This document shows, piece after piece, positions 48,475 to 57,277 of a stretch of 64,000 nt of DNA. The stretch is from Bacteroidales bacterium UBA4772 (lineage in GTDB: Bacteria; Bacteroidota; Bacteroidia; Bacteroidales; VadinHA17), in the NCBI GenBank assembly GCA_002403305.1, contig DHHM01000016.1:58482-122481 (forward strand), written 5' to 3'. Position numbers and translations under genes: made by a program. Each line of letters starts with the position of its first letter. Position 1 is the stretch's first letter. A model generated the notes under the pieces. The model did no database searches. It saw nothing but the letters and a program-made list of their open reading frames with translations, and was not told the origin of the DNA.

Positions 48475-49517
48475 CCACCGGACACCATCTCAGCGGCTGC
48501 AGCTGCCACCATTGAGGCATTCACCGCCACATCATCGGTATGTGTCTCCACATATATCACCTGTCCCTCCGGCCTCTTTGACAGGCCGTAGCGGTATGAT
48601 TTGTCATAGTATTCAAGGGTGATCCTTATGGCAGTGCTGAAGTCGCCTCTCTGCAGCGCTTCGATCGCCTCCCTGGTCCTGTCGCCCCCCAGGCGTTTCG
48701 ATATTCTCATCACCGAGGCGGTGATCTGTTCCAGTGGAAAGGATGTATAGTCCTCGAGCAGTCGCGGCATGCGCGTTTCTATGCTCATCATCAGGGCAAC
48801 CACCGGGGCTTTTTGCATCTGTTCGAAGAAGCTGTCGGGCATGAATACCGATCCTATATTGCGGCTCTCATCCTCCAGCCATATAGCCTCTCCCTCTCTC
48901 ATGCCGGAGAGATCTTCATACAACAGGTTGGCAAAGTGTTCCGATGAGGGCTGCGGTGGCTGTCCCAGGGCTCCGAATGCCGACCCCCGGTGTGATGCCA
49001 GCCGTTCCAGGTCTGTCACCTGTGCCCCCGCACTGTCCATATGATTCAGTATCCCTGTCTTGCCGCTTCCGGTAAGACCTCCCAGGATGATGTAATCTCT
49101 CTTCCGGGAAAGATCTGTCAGGATATAATTTCTGTAGGCCTTGTAACCCCCGGTGAGGAACAGGGGCGTTATTCCTCCTGTGTGGAAGAGCCACGCCATA
49201 GCTTCGGAGCGCATCCCTCCCCGCCAGCAGTAGAGCCGCAGCCCTCTCCCCGCGGCCAGAGCCAGCGCCTGCCTGAGCTTTGCCGGCATCTCCGGTGCTG
49301 CCAGCTCAATGCCCCGAAGCACCGCGGGGGTGCTGCCCTCCTTTTTAAAGAGGGTGCCCACCTCCGCCCTCTGACTGTCATCAAAGAGTGGTATGTTCAC
49401 CGCACCGGGGATATGCCCGTATACATATTCGGAGGGGGATCTTACATCCACCAGCGGCATCTCCGCCCTGCGGGCAAGGAATTCTTCAGGATCGAGACCG
49501 GTAATATTCAGGGCCAT
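48399..49517 (-). CDS. selU: tRNA 2-selenouridine synthase
   Basis: N-terminal rhodanese domain with YCWRGGMRS and a P-loop GGLTGSGKT. The 3' end overlaps the convergent U32 gene by 76 nt. Confidence 0.88.
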   Translation of the reverse strand: MALNITGLDPEEFLARRAEMPLVDVRSPSEYVYGHIPGAVNIPLFDDSQRAEVGTLFKKEGSTPAVLRGIELAAPEMPAKLRQALALAAGRGLRLYCWRGGMRSEAMAWLFHTGGITPLFLTGGYKAYRNYILTDLSRKRDYIILGGLTGSGKTGILNHMDSAGAQVTDLERLASHRGSAFGALGQPPQPSSEHFANLLYEDLSGMREGEAIWLEDESRNIGSVFMPDSFFEQMQKAPVVALMMSIETRMPRLLEDYTSFPLEQITASVMRISKRLGGDRTREAIEALQRGDFSTAIRITLEYYDKSYRYGLSKRPEGQVIYVETHTDDVAVNASMVAAAAAEMVSGGHSFLSEEASTRLKTLSDRLTCAGT

Positions 49518-49520
49518 GCG

Positions 49521-52337
49521 TCAGTCTTGCCTGTGATACCTGGTTATCACTCTTCTCAGCTCCTCCACAGTCACCGGCTTGGAGAGCAGCTCCTTCATTC
49601 CGGTCTGCTCCACACGTGTCCGGGTTTCGGGCATGGTATCTGCCGAGAGAGCGACGATAATCGCTTCACTGTGCATTGTCAGGATAGTCTTCGCAGCCTC
49701 GAAACCGTCCTTCTCAGGCATGATAAGATCCATAAGTATCAGATCATAGCTTTTGGCAGCAGCCATCGCAATGGCCTCATCGGCGCCGGAGGCGAATTCG
49801 GCATTGACGCCCAGAACCTTCAGGAGCGAACCTTCCACCTTCCTGTTGAGATAGTTGTCGTCAACGACAAGTATGACGGGAACGTCAGACCGGTCTGACG
49901 ACACGGTGCCCCTGTGCTCCCTGAGGCCGGGGAAATGATCCTTGAGCACACTGACAAGATCTTCGCCAGCAAAAGGCTTGACAAGAAGATGGTCAATGCC
50001 CAGGTCAACACACTTTGCATAGTGGCCTTTGGGGTCCCTGGAGGTAAACATAAGCACGATATGCTGGCTGGTCATTCCTGCCTCCATCAGTTTGCGTGCC
50101 GCCTCAAAGCCGTCAGTTTCAGGCTCATCGAAGATAACCAGCAGTATATACCTGTTCTCGTCGTTTCCAAGGCTGGTTTTTATCTGTGACACCGTATGCT
50201 TCTGGAAGCTGGTCACCGATACCGGGAGCCCAATGCGGTGCATGATGCCGAGGAAATCGTCATCACGGCCATGTGAACCGGTGATGGCAAGAGTGCGTAT
50301 CATCCCCGTCTCATTGTAGCGACTGAGATCAATCTCCTTGGCAATCTTTTCATTCAGGTGGACGCTTACTGTGAATGTCACCTTCAGTCCTCTCTCCTTT
50401 CCGGAGGAGTCTTTGCCCGCCGGACTCTCGGCGTGCAGCTCGCCGCCCATTAGCTCGGTGAGCTGACGTGCAAGCACAGGACCCAGCTTCAGGTCATCAG
50501 ACCAGCCGGAACGCTCGCTGAGGTTGGTGATGTAGTCGCCAAACAGCTTCCTGATCTCGGCTTTGGTGTAATTGGTGCCGGTGTCGGTCACGGTGAACTC
50601 CAGCAGGAACTGGTTTCCCTCTGTCCTTTTTACCCTGCAACCAACCCTTATCTCTCCCGTTTTTGTTCCGGTCAGGGAGTTGTTAAGCAGATTGGTGATG
50701 ACCTGACGCAGCCTGTAGGGATCTCCGATGAGGCTCTCCGGTACCGACTGCTCAACCGAAGAGGTTATATTGACCGCAGCGTCGGGGTTCTCTCTCCTGA
50801 CGAGGTTGATGCAATAGTCGACCTGCTCCCTGAGCCGGAACGGGATCTCGTCGAGTATCATCTTGCCGGTCTCTACTTTCGAGACATCGAAGATATCATT
50901 GATGATGTTGAGAAGCAGGTCGGCCGACCGTCTGAGCAGCATGGCCACCTCCTTTGTCTCCTCCGACAGCTCCGCCCTGTTGAGCATATCGGTCATACCC
51001 AGGATGCCACTCAGTGGAGTGCGTATCTCAAAGCTCATGCGCGCCAGAAGCTCCGACTTGGCAATATTTGCATCTGCCTCAAGCCGGCGTGCCAGTTCCA
51101 GTGAGGTAACATCAATGAGGACCTCCAGTGTGGCACTCTCGCCATGATACTGTACCGGAATGGCGTTGTGGAATATCACCTTCTCTCCTGAGGCGCCTCC
51201 CAGCCTGATGATATTACCGTTTCCGCCCTGGCCGGCAAAGTCCCCGGCAAACTCACTGCCTGACAGGTCGGGCACCAGCTTGCCGGTCATCTCACTATCA
51301 CTATCATAGCCGAAGAGCAGTGCTGCTTCACGGTTTGCCCTGAGGATCTCGCGGCCGGCATTGCATACAATGAGTCCTGCAGGCATCTTATCCATCAGTG
51401 ATAGAAGGGTCTTCTCCGACTCGGCTGTCTTCTTAAGCTGACGTTCCTGTCTCCCTGAGGCATAGCGGAACAATATGATAATAAAAAGAAGTGTCAGCAT
51501 CGTCAGCAGGCCCAGGATGAGCGAGTTCCTGACAATATACTTCCGGAAAAAATCTGTCGGCGCAGAGAAGACCATCCCGAAATCGAGGCCCAGAAGTGTA
51601 ACCGGATAGTAGGCTGAGAGTATCTCGTTGGTGAGGCCATCCTGCTCCATGGTGTGCGTGATCCTCCCCGAGCTGCCGAGAGTGATGCCTTCTGCAATTT
51701 TATCCAGATGGTTGTAACTTACCTCACCGCCGTGATTGTCGAAGACTATCCCGCCTGTATCATTGACAACCCACTGCCACTGGTACTGTTCGAGATTGTA
51801 CTTGGTGAAAATCCTGGAGAAATACTTTTTGAAATCAACGGTTATAACCAGGTTACCGAGCACACGGCCATCATCCAACACCGGCAGGAAGTACCTGTAT
51901 CGGTCACGCTCGGCCTCCAGATGCTCTGTCTCAAATATCTCGGGCACATTCTGTGCTTTGTAAGATCCGTCGAGCCATGCATTCCTTTCCTCATCCTTAA
52001 ACAGGGTATAGACATCACCCGAGGTGTTGTACAGCATAAGCCCGACAACGATATCCTCATACTTGGAATAGTAGAGTTTCATCCTCTCCGTGACACGCTC
52101 ATTGGTAATTTCATCGGTGAAAAAACCGGAGAAATCATCCGAGAAATCAAGCTCCGTAAGGTCGCTGACAATATACATGCTGGTATTGTCAATGTCGGAG
52201 CCGGCTATCATTACCTGTCTGTCAAGCAGCTTGTTGGAATATTCTATCTGGTTTCTGTAGAGGCTCAGGTAGAATATCACCGTGACCAGCATGATCAGGA
52301 AGAAAGCAGACCAGGCAACAAGAGATATTTTTTTCAT
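49521..52337 (-). CDS. hybrid sensor histidine kinase with periplasmic sensor, PAS, HisKA/HATPase and two receiver-like domains
   Basis: 938 aa. TM-flanked N-domain, H-box SFEIRTPLSGILG, HATPase region, a degenerate REC, then a canonical REC (ILVVDDN...LILMDLIMP...KP). Confidence 0.9.
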   Translation of the reverse strand: MKKISLVAWSAFFLIMLVTVIFYLSLYRNQIEYSNKLLDRQVMIAGSDIDNTSMYIVSDLTELDFSDDFSGFFTDEITNERVTERMKLYYSKYEDIVVGLMLYNTSGDVYTLFKDEERNAWLDGSYKAQNVPEIFETEHLEAERDRYRYFLPVLDDGRVLGNLVITVDFKKYFSRIFTKYNLEQYQWQWVVNDTGGIVFDNHGGEVSYNHLDKIAEGITLGSSGRITHTMEQDGLTNEILSAYYPVTLLGLDFGMVFSAPTDFFRKYIVRNSLILGLLTMLTLLFIIILFRYASGRQERQLKKTAESEKTLLSLMDKMPAGLIVCNAGREILRANREAALLFGYDSDSEMTGKLVPDLSGSEFAGDFAGQGGNGNIIRLGGASGEKVIFHNAIPVQYHGESATLEVLIDVTSLELARRLEADANIAKSELLARMSFEIRTPLSGILGMTDMLNRAELSEETKEVAMLLRRSADLLLNIINDIFDVSKVETGKMILDEIPFRLREQVDYCINLVRRENPDAAVNITSSVEQSVPESLIGDPYRLRQVITNLLNNSLTGTKTGEIRVGCRVKRTEGNQFLLEFTVTDTGTNYTKAEIRKLFGDYITNLSERSGWSDDLKLGPVLARQLTELMGGELHAESPAGKDSSGKERGLKVTFTVSVHLNEKIAKEIDLSRYNETGMIRTLAITGSHGRDDDFLGIMHRIGLPVSVTSFQKHTVSQIKTSLGNDENRYILLVIFDEPETDGFEAARKLMEAGMTSQHIVLMFTSRDPKGHYAKCVDLGIDHLLVKPFAGEDLVSVLKDHFPGLREHRGTVSSDRSDVPVILVVDDNYLNRKVEGSLLKVLGVNAEFASGADEAIAMAAAKSYDLILMDLIMPEKDGFEAAKTILTMHSEAIIVALSADTMPETRTRVEQTGMKELLSKPVTVEELRRVITRYHRQD

Positions 52338-52368
52338 TCAGGAGCAGTTCTTACCAATAGCATAACGA

Positions 52369-53283
52369 TTATCTGTACTTATCATTGTCTTCCAGCATCA
52401 TGCTTATGTAGCTTTTATATCTCCACGGTTCAATTTCATTGCGGGCAACGGCTTCACGCACCGCACAGCCGGGTTCTGCCAGGTGGAGGCAGTTGTAGAA
52501 TCTGCAATCTGATGATCTCCGGAAAATCTCCGGAAAGAAATGATATATCTCGCTGCGGTCGAAGTCGATAACACCAAATCCCCTGATGCCTGGAGTGTCA
52601 ATGACATACCCCACCTCCGGCAGCGGATGCATCTCCGGGAAGGTGGTCACATGGCGGCCCTGTTCATGATACTCTGAGATCTCTCCTGTTCTCAGTGAGA
52701 GTGCCGGGTTGAGCCTGTTGAGCAGGGAGCTCTTGCCAACGCCGCTGTTGCCGGAGAGCAGTGTGATCTTGCCTTTCAGGGCAGCTGTGATCTGGCTTAT
52801 GCTGCTATCCGTTGTAACGGAGATAATGTAGACAGGATACCCGATTTTTTCATACACGCTCTTTATTCTGTCAGCCAGAGCGTCATCTTCATCGCCATAG
52901 AGGTCTGTCTTGTTAATGATTATTGAAGCGGGTATGCGGTAGGCCTCGGCGGTGGCCAGAAACCGGTCGATAAACTCTATTGGCGTGCTTGGCATGGTGA
53001 CGGCAATCATCAGGAAGGCCTGGTCAACATTGGCTGCGATGATCTGCGATTCCCTGGAGAGGTTTGATGCTCTGCGGATGATGTAGTTATGCCTGGGGAA
53101 GAGGTATGTGATCACGTTCTCCTTGCCGTCAAGAGTCACCCTGTCACCCACAGCCACCGGGTTGGTGGTACGGAGGCCGCTGACCCTGAACCTGCCCTTG
53201 AGGACACACTCATGGATCATGCCGTCATCAGCAAGCACCCTGTAGCGGCTGCCGGTCGATTTTATTACAACGCCATCCTTCAC
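52369..53283 (-). CDS. rsgA: ribosome small-subunit-dependent GTPase A
   Basis: GNSGVGKSSLLNRL P-loop and a C-terminal zinc knuckle CRFYNCLHLAEPGCAV. Confidence 0.92.
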   Translation of the reverse strand: MKDGVVIKSTGSRYRVLADDGMIHECVLKGRFRVSGLRTTNPVAVGDRVTLDGKENVITYLFPRHNYIIRRASNLSRESQIIAANVDQAFLMIAVTMPSTPIEFIDRFLATAEAYRIPASIIINKTDLYGDEDDALADRIKSVYEKIGYPVYIISVTTDSSISQITAALKGKITLLSGNSGVGKSSLLNRLNPALSLRTGEISEYHEQGRHVTTFPEMHPLPEVGYVIDTPGIRGFGVIDFDRSEIYHFFPEIFRRSSDCRFYNCLHLAEPGCAVREAVARNEIEPWRYKSYISMMLEDNDKYR

Positions 53284-53368
53284 CCCCGCAACTATTTCCG
53301 CTGAAATAAAGAAAGTGATGCCCTGTGTGATCCGGCATCACCTTCTGTTATATCTGAACAGGTTATTT

Positions 53369-54574
53369 TCAATACTCTGCCGCCATAAGGAAGAACGGCT
53401 TCATCTCGAAGTTTGAATAGTAAGGCCTGAGCCTTTCGGTGTTGTAGTATTCGGATACCTTCACAACCTTTTTTGAAGAGGTGACCACGTCAATAGGTAC
53501 ATTGTCATAACGTCCGTTCTTGAGCACCACCACCCTGCCGTGCAGGCCTTTCATGATAAGGTCGAGGGCCAGGTTTCCGAAGGCCATCGGTACTATTGAG
53601 TCGACAGCGTCAGGGTCACCGCCCCTGACCATGTAACCCAGCTTTTGGGTAATGATATTTATGGTCTTGCCGCCGTTGAATTTTGCGGTGTGTTCCTTGA
53701 TTTCGGCTGACACAAGATCTCCGATGCCGCCGAGCTTGGCATGGCCGTAAGCATCGAGCTCGCTGTCCTGGAATATCATCTCACCGCCCTTGTAGAGTGC
53801 GCCTTCCGAGACCAGGACTATGGAGTACTTGCTCGGGTTGGAGTTGCGGTCTTCCACCAGCAGCTGTGTGAGAAGTTCAATATCAAACTTGTATTCCGGG
53901 ATTACGCACCTGTTGGCTGCTCCCGCCATGGTGGGCAGCATGGCGGTGAAGCCGGCATATCTGCCGAACACTTCCAGCACCATTATGCGCTCATGTGACC
54001 CGGCCGAGGTGCGCAGGGTGTTGGTCATCTGTATGGTACGGGTAACACACGTGCTAAAACCTATGCAGTAGTCCGTGCCCGGGACGTCGTTGTCCATCGT
54101 CTTGGGCATGGCCACTATCTTCACTCCCTGCTTGTAGAGATGGACACCGTAACTGAGGGTGTCATCACCGCCTATTGGTATCAGGAAATCGATCCCCAGC
54201 CACTCAAGATTCTTCAGAACCTCAGGCGTAAGATCGTTGATATCATCCTTATAGGTATCCTTCAGATGATCCGGGACATAAGCTTTGGCCACATGGCTGG
54301 GCCTGGTGCGTGATGTGTGAAGGTATGTGCCGCCAGTCCTTCCCGCTTTGTTGACAATATCATCCGTGAGCACCTGAAAACAGTTACTGTTATCGACCTT
54401 GGGATCCCTTACTATCTCCAGCAGGCCGGCCCAGCCCCTGCGGAGCCCTATTACCTTGTAACCTTCCCTGTTGGCCCTGATGGTCACCGCCCTGATGGCA
54501 GGATTAAGCCCCGGAACATCTCCTCCTCCGGTAAGAATACCGATCACTCCCCTTATTTTCTTCTGATTTGCCAT
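53369..54574 (-). CDS. pfp: 6-phosphofructokinase, pyrophosphate-dependent type
   Basis: GILTGGGDVPGLN. GGDDT replaces the GGDGS of ATP-PFKs. MPKTMDNDV carries Lys at the position equivalent to E. coli Gly124. Both are known PPi-specificity signatures. Confidence 0.85.
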   Translation of the reverse strand: MANQKKIRGVIGILTGGGDVPGLNPAIRAVTIRANREGYKVIGLRRGWAGLLEIVRDPKVDNSNCFQVLTDDIVNKAGRTGGTYLHTSRTRPSHVAKAYVPDHLKDTYKDDINDLTPEVLKNLEWLGIDFLIPIGGDDTLSYGVHLYKQGVKIVAMPKTMDNDVPGTDYCIGFSTCVTRTIQMTNTLRTSAGSHERIMVLEVFGRYAGFTAMLPTMAGAANRCVIPEYKFDIELLTQLLVEDRNSNPSKYSIVLVSEGALYKGGEMIFQDSELDAYGHAKLGGIGDLVSAEIKEHTAKFNGGKTINIITQKLGYMVRGGDPDAVDSIVPMAFGNLALDLIMKGLHGRVVVLKNGRYDNVPIDVVTSSKKVVKVSEYYNTERLRPYYSNFEMKPFFLMAAEY

Positions 54575-54837
54575 TTTTAAATATTTTGATTGATCTCTGT
54601 TGATTGAAGGTGATAAAAATATGACTTTTCGAATTCATATCAAAAAGAGAATCAACTGCTACTTTATTTTTTTAATCAGCCGTCGCGTAAAAATTCAGAC
54701 TTCGGCCGGTATAATCAGCTACGTCCGATGAAGCAGGCAGACGCGAAGGAAAGATAGAGGTTTTCGGCGTTTGCACCGTTCTTTGAGCCCAGAGGTCCGG
54801 GGTTCATATCATTTGATTATTTTTGACGAAAAAGCGA

Positions 54838-54999
54838 ATGATCACAACAGATAAGGCTATCAACTTCTTCAGGGCCGGTTACAGCTGCTCGCAGTCGGTA
54901 CTCATGGCCTGTGCCGGTGAGAGTGATTCTGCTTCCAGAACGGCGGGGGCTTTCGGAAAAGGTGTGCGAGAAGTGCATTCGCGGCGCCGCATCATGTGA
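54838..54999 (+). pseudogene. N-terminal fragment of a C_GCAxxG_C_C family gene
   Basis: Own translation: MITTDKAINFFRAGYSCSQSVLMACAGESDSASRTAGAFGKGVREVHSRRRIM*. The first ~42 aa fit the family N-terminus (F..GY.C.Q.VL...FG.G). The CGAxxG core is missing. Confidence 0.4.
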
Positions 55000-55205
55000 C
55001 ACATGACATGCTGATGAGGGAGGTGGCCCGCCCGAAAGGGCTTCCGGTATTCCTTCCCCGCCTGCCGGTATGGCTGCTGCGTGCCGTTATGGGAGAGATG
55101 TCCGTGCTGCTGACAACCGGAAGCCGTATCTCATCGGAGCGTCTTTCAGCAGCGGGATTTCAATTCAGCTATCCTGATATATCATCTGCCCTGAGGGCCT
55201 GCTGA
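54996..55205 (+). pseudogene. C-terminal fragment of a DUF1731 / YfcH-type epimerase-family gene
   Basis: PRLPVWLLRAVMGEMSVLLTTGSRISSERLSAAGFQFSYPDISSALRAC matches the conserved C-terminus of TIGR01777-type proteins. The ~230-aa Rossmann part is absent. Confidence 0.5.
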
Positions 55206-55335
55206 CGTCATAATGTCCTGCCTGGATCCACTGCATCTGTAATTGCGGGGTGACCTGCTCAAATCACTCTTCGCCCGTAAAATAAAGACTATCTGATAAT
55301 GAATTCCTTATCCGGAGGTAAGCCGGCACCGGTGA

Positions 55336-56043
55336 TCAGCCCCGGCGCGAGATCACCTCAAGTTTTTTCATGTCGGCAATCTCAATGGTGCGGCCATTCG
55401 ATTTGATTATGCCGTCACGGCGGAAATCGCTGAAGGTGCGAATGACGTTGGCAGGACTCATGCTGATGAGATCGGCTATCTCCTTGCGTGATACCGGAAG
55501 GTCAAATATCCTGGAACGAAATATCTCATTGGCAAAATAGAGAAGCACATATGCTATCCTGCCCGCCAGGTTACGCTGCCTGATCTCAAGGCCGAGGGCA
55601 ATGATATTCTGCGAAGTGCGTGACAGAACGGAGATGAGATTGAGCGCAAACCTGCCGTTATTTTCAATCAGCTCCTTCATCAGATCAAGCCGGATGCAGC
55701 ATACTTCGGAATCTTCGAGGGCAGTGAGAGAGTATCTGTAATGGGTCTCGTGGAACACGTTGGTGTTACTGACAAACTCAAGGGGACGGGTGATGGTGAT
55801 GATCTGCTCGTCGCCGTCGCCGTTGATCCTGAACAGTTTTACAAGACCATGTTTCAGGTATTTGAAATCGTGTATGGCATCACCCTCATGGTGGATTATC
55901 TCACCCCTGGCATAATGCCTCTCCTCCCTGGCCTCACAGACACGACTCATGTCCTTGTCGCTGAGGTTGGTGAATGCCACATTCCTGAATTCGCAGGAGA
56001 TGCAGTTACATTTGCTTTTTTGTGTATCCGTCATCGTGGCCAT
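55336..56043 (-). CDS. Crp/Fnr family transcriptional regulator with an N-terminal Cys cluster
   Basis: cNMP-binding-like beta-roll plus a C-terminal HTH (RKEIADLISMSPANVIRTFSDF). N-terminal CNCISC. Start at MATMTDT (56043). Confidence 0.88.
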   Translation of the reverse strand: MATMTDTQKSKCNCISCEFRNVAFTNLSDKDMSRVCEAREERHYARGEIIHHEGDAIHDFKYLKHGLVKLFRINGDGDEQIITITRPLEFVSNTNVFHETHYRYSLTALEDSEVCCIRLDLMKELIENNGRFALNLISVLSRTSQNIIALGLEIRQRNLAGRIAYVLLYFANEIFRSRIFDLPVSRKEIADLISMSPANVIRTFSDFRRDGIIKSNGRTIEIADMKKLEVISRRG

Positions 56044-56197
56044 GAATAATGCAAATTTAGAACAATCTGTCAACAAATTCGTTCACCTTTCCTTAATTTG
56101 AAGGTGAGCTTTCAATCGCTGATAAGAGATCCCGTTCTGAAATGTTCTGATTGAACCCGTTGAAACGAACCGGGCTGATTTCACCCGGCGCAGTGTG

Positions 56198-56764
56198 TCA
56201 GGCAGCAGCCGTCAGGTGTTCGACCAGGATCCGGATTCCTATTACCGCCAGAATAATTCCGCCTATGATCTCAACCCTTGATCCGAGGCGGTCACCGGCG
56301 GACTTGCCTATACGTATTGCAGTCATGGATGCCAGGAAGGTGACAGCCCCTATTATCAGGCCGGCGGTCCATATCTGTACCTTCAGCAGGGCGAAACTGA
56401 TGCCAACGGCAAAGGCATCGATGCTTGTACCGACAGCCATGGTGAGAACCACCGGCCAGCGGTTGATGTCTACCGGCTGACGTTCGGAACCGTCCTTCAA
56501 TCCCCCGATAATCATTCTTGTTCCGAGAAACATCAGAAGGATAAATGCCACCCAGTGATCATATTTTTCAATGTATATGCTTACGGTTGAGCCCAGGAAG
56601 AAGCCGGCCACCGTCAGTCCGCCCTGGAACAGGGCAAGGATAAATGCTATCCTCATGGCATTACTGAAACGTATCCTGGACTCTATGACGCCGCATGAGA
56701 GGGAGACAGCGAAACTGTCAAACGAGAGGCCCAGGGCTATCGCCGTTATTGTGATGAGGTCCAT
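56198..56764 (-). CDS. mntP: manganese efflux pump MntP
   Basis: MDLITITAIALGLSFDSFAVSLSCG... and the repeated DAFAVGISF motif. Start at 56764. The annotated ORF to 57070 is an artefactual extension across dtd. Confidence 0.88.
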   Translation of the reverse strand: MDLITITAIALGLSFDSFAVSLSCGVIESRIRFSNAMRIAFILALFQGGLTVAGFFLGSTVSIYIEKYDHWVAFILLMFLGTRMIIGGLKDGSERQPVDINRWPVVLTMAVGTSIDAFAVGISFALLKVQIWTAGLIIGAVTFLASMTAIRIGKSAGDRLGSRVEIIGGIILAVIGIRILVEHLTAAA

Positions 56765-56824
56765 AACTGCAAGATGGCCGCAAAAATAGTAATAATTGCT
56801 ATTTTTACCACCTTGTTTGGCGGT

Positions 56825-57277
56825 ATGAGGATAGTAATACAAAGAGTGAAGCGGGCCTCTGTAACCATTGAAGGGAAGATACATTCTTCCATCGGGATGG
56901 GGCTGCTGGTGCTTACCGGCATTGAGGAGGCCGACACTACCGATGATGTTGAGTGGCTGGCAGCCAAGGCGGTTAACCTGCGGCTTTTCGATGACAGCAA
57001 AGGGGTGATGAACCTCTCTGCCGCTGAGACCGGAAGTGAGATAATGATTGTCAGCCAGTTTACCCTGCATGCCTCCACCAGGAAAGGCAACAGGCCCTCA
57101 TATATCAGGGCCGCCAGGCCGGACAGGGCGATCCCGATATACGAGGAGTTCATTATGCGCATCGGTGAGCTCCTTGGACACAAACCGGAAACGGGAATAT
57201 TTGGTGCCATGATGGAAATTGAACTGGTTAATGATGGGCCGGTAACGATAATTATAGACAGCAAGCAGAGGGAATGA
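56825..57277 (+). CDS. dtd: D-aminoacyl-tRNA deacylase
   Basis: MRIVIQRVKRASVTIEG...SQFTLHA...GNRPSY...NDGPVTI. Start at 56825. Confidence 0.93.
   Translation: MRIVIQRVKRASVTIEGKIHSSIGMGLLVLTGIEEADTTDDVEWLAAKAVNLRLFDDSKGVMNLSAAETGSEIMIVSQFTLHASTRKGNRPSYIRAARPDRAIPIYEEFIMRIGELLGHKPETGIFGAMMEIELVNDGPVTIIIDSKQRE

Noticed and set aside
56765-56824. Expected yybP-ykoY (Mn) riboswitch upstream of mntP
   Set aside because: The mntP-dtd divergent gap is only 60 nt. That is too short for the ~100-nt four-helix riboswitch, and no conserved riboswitch core could be read.
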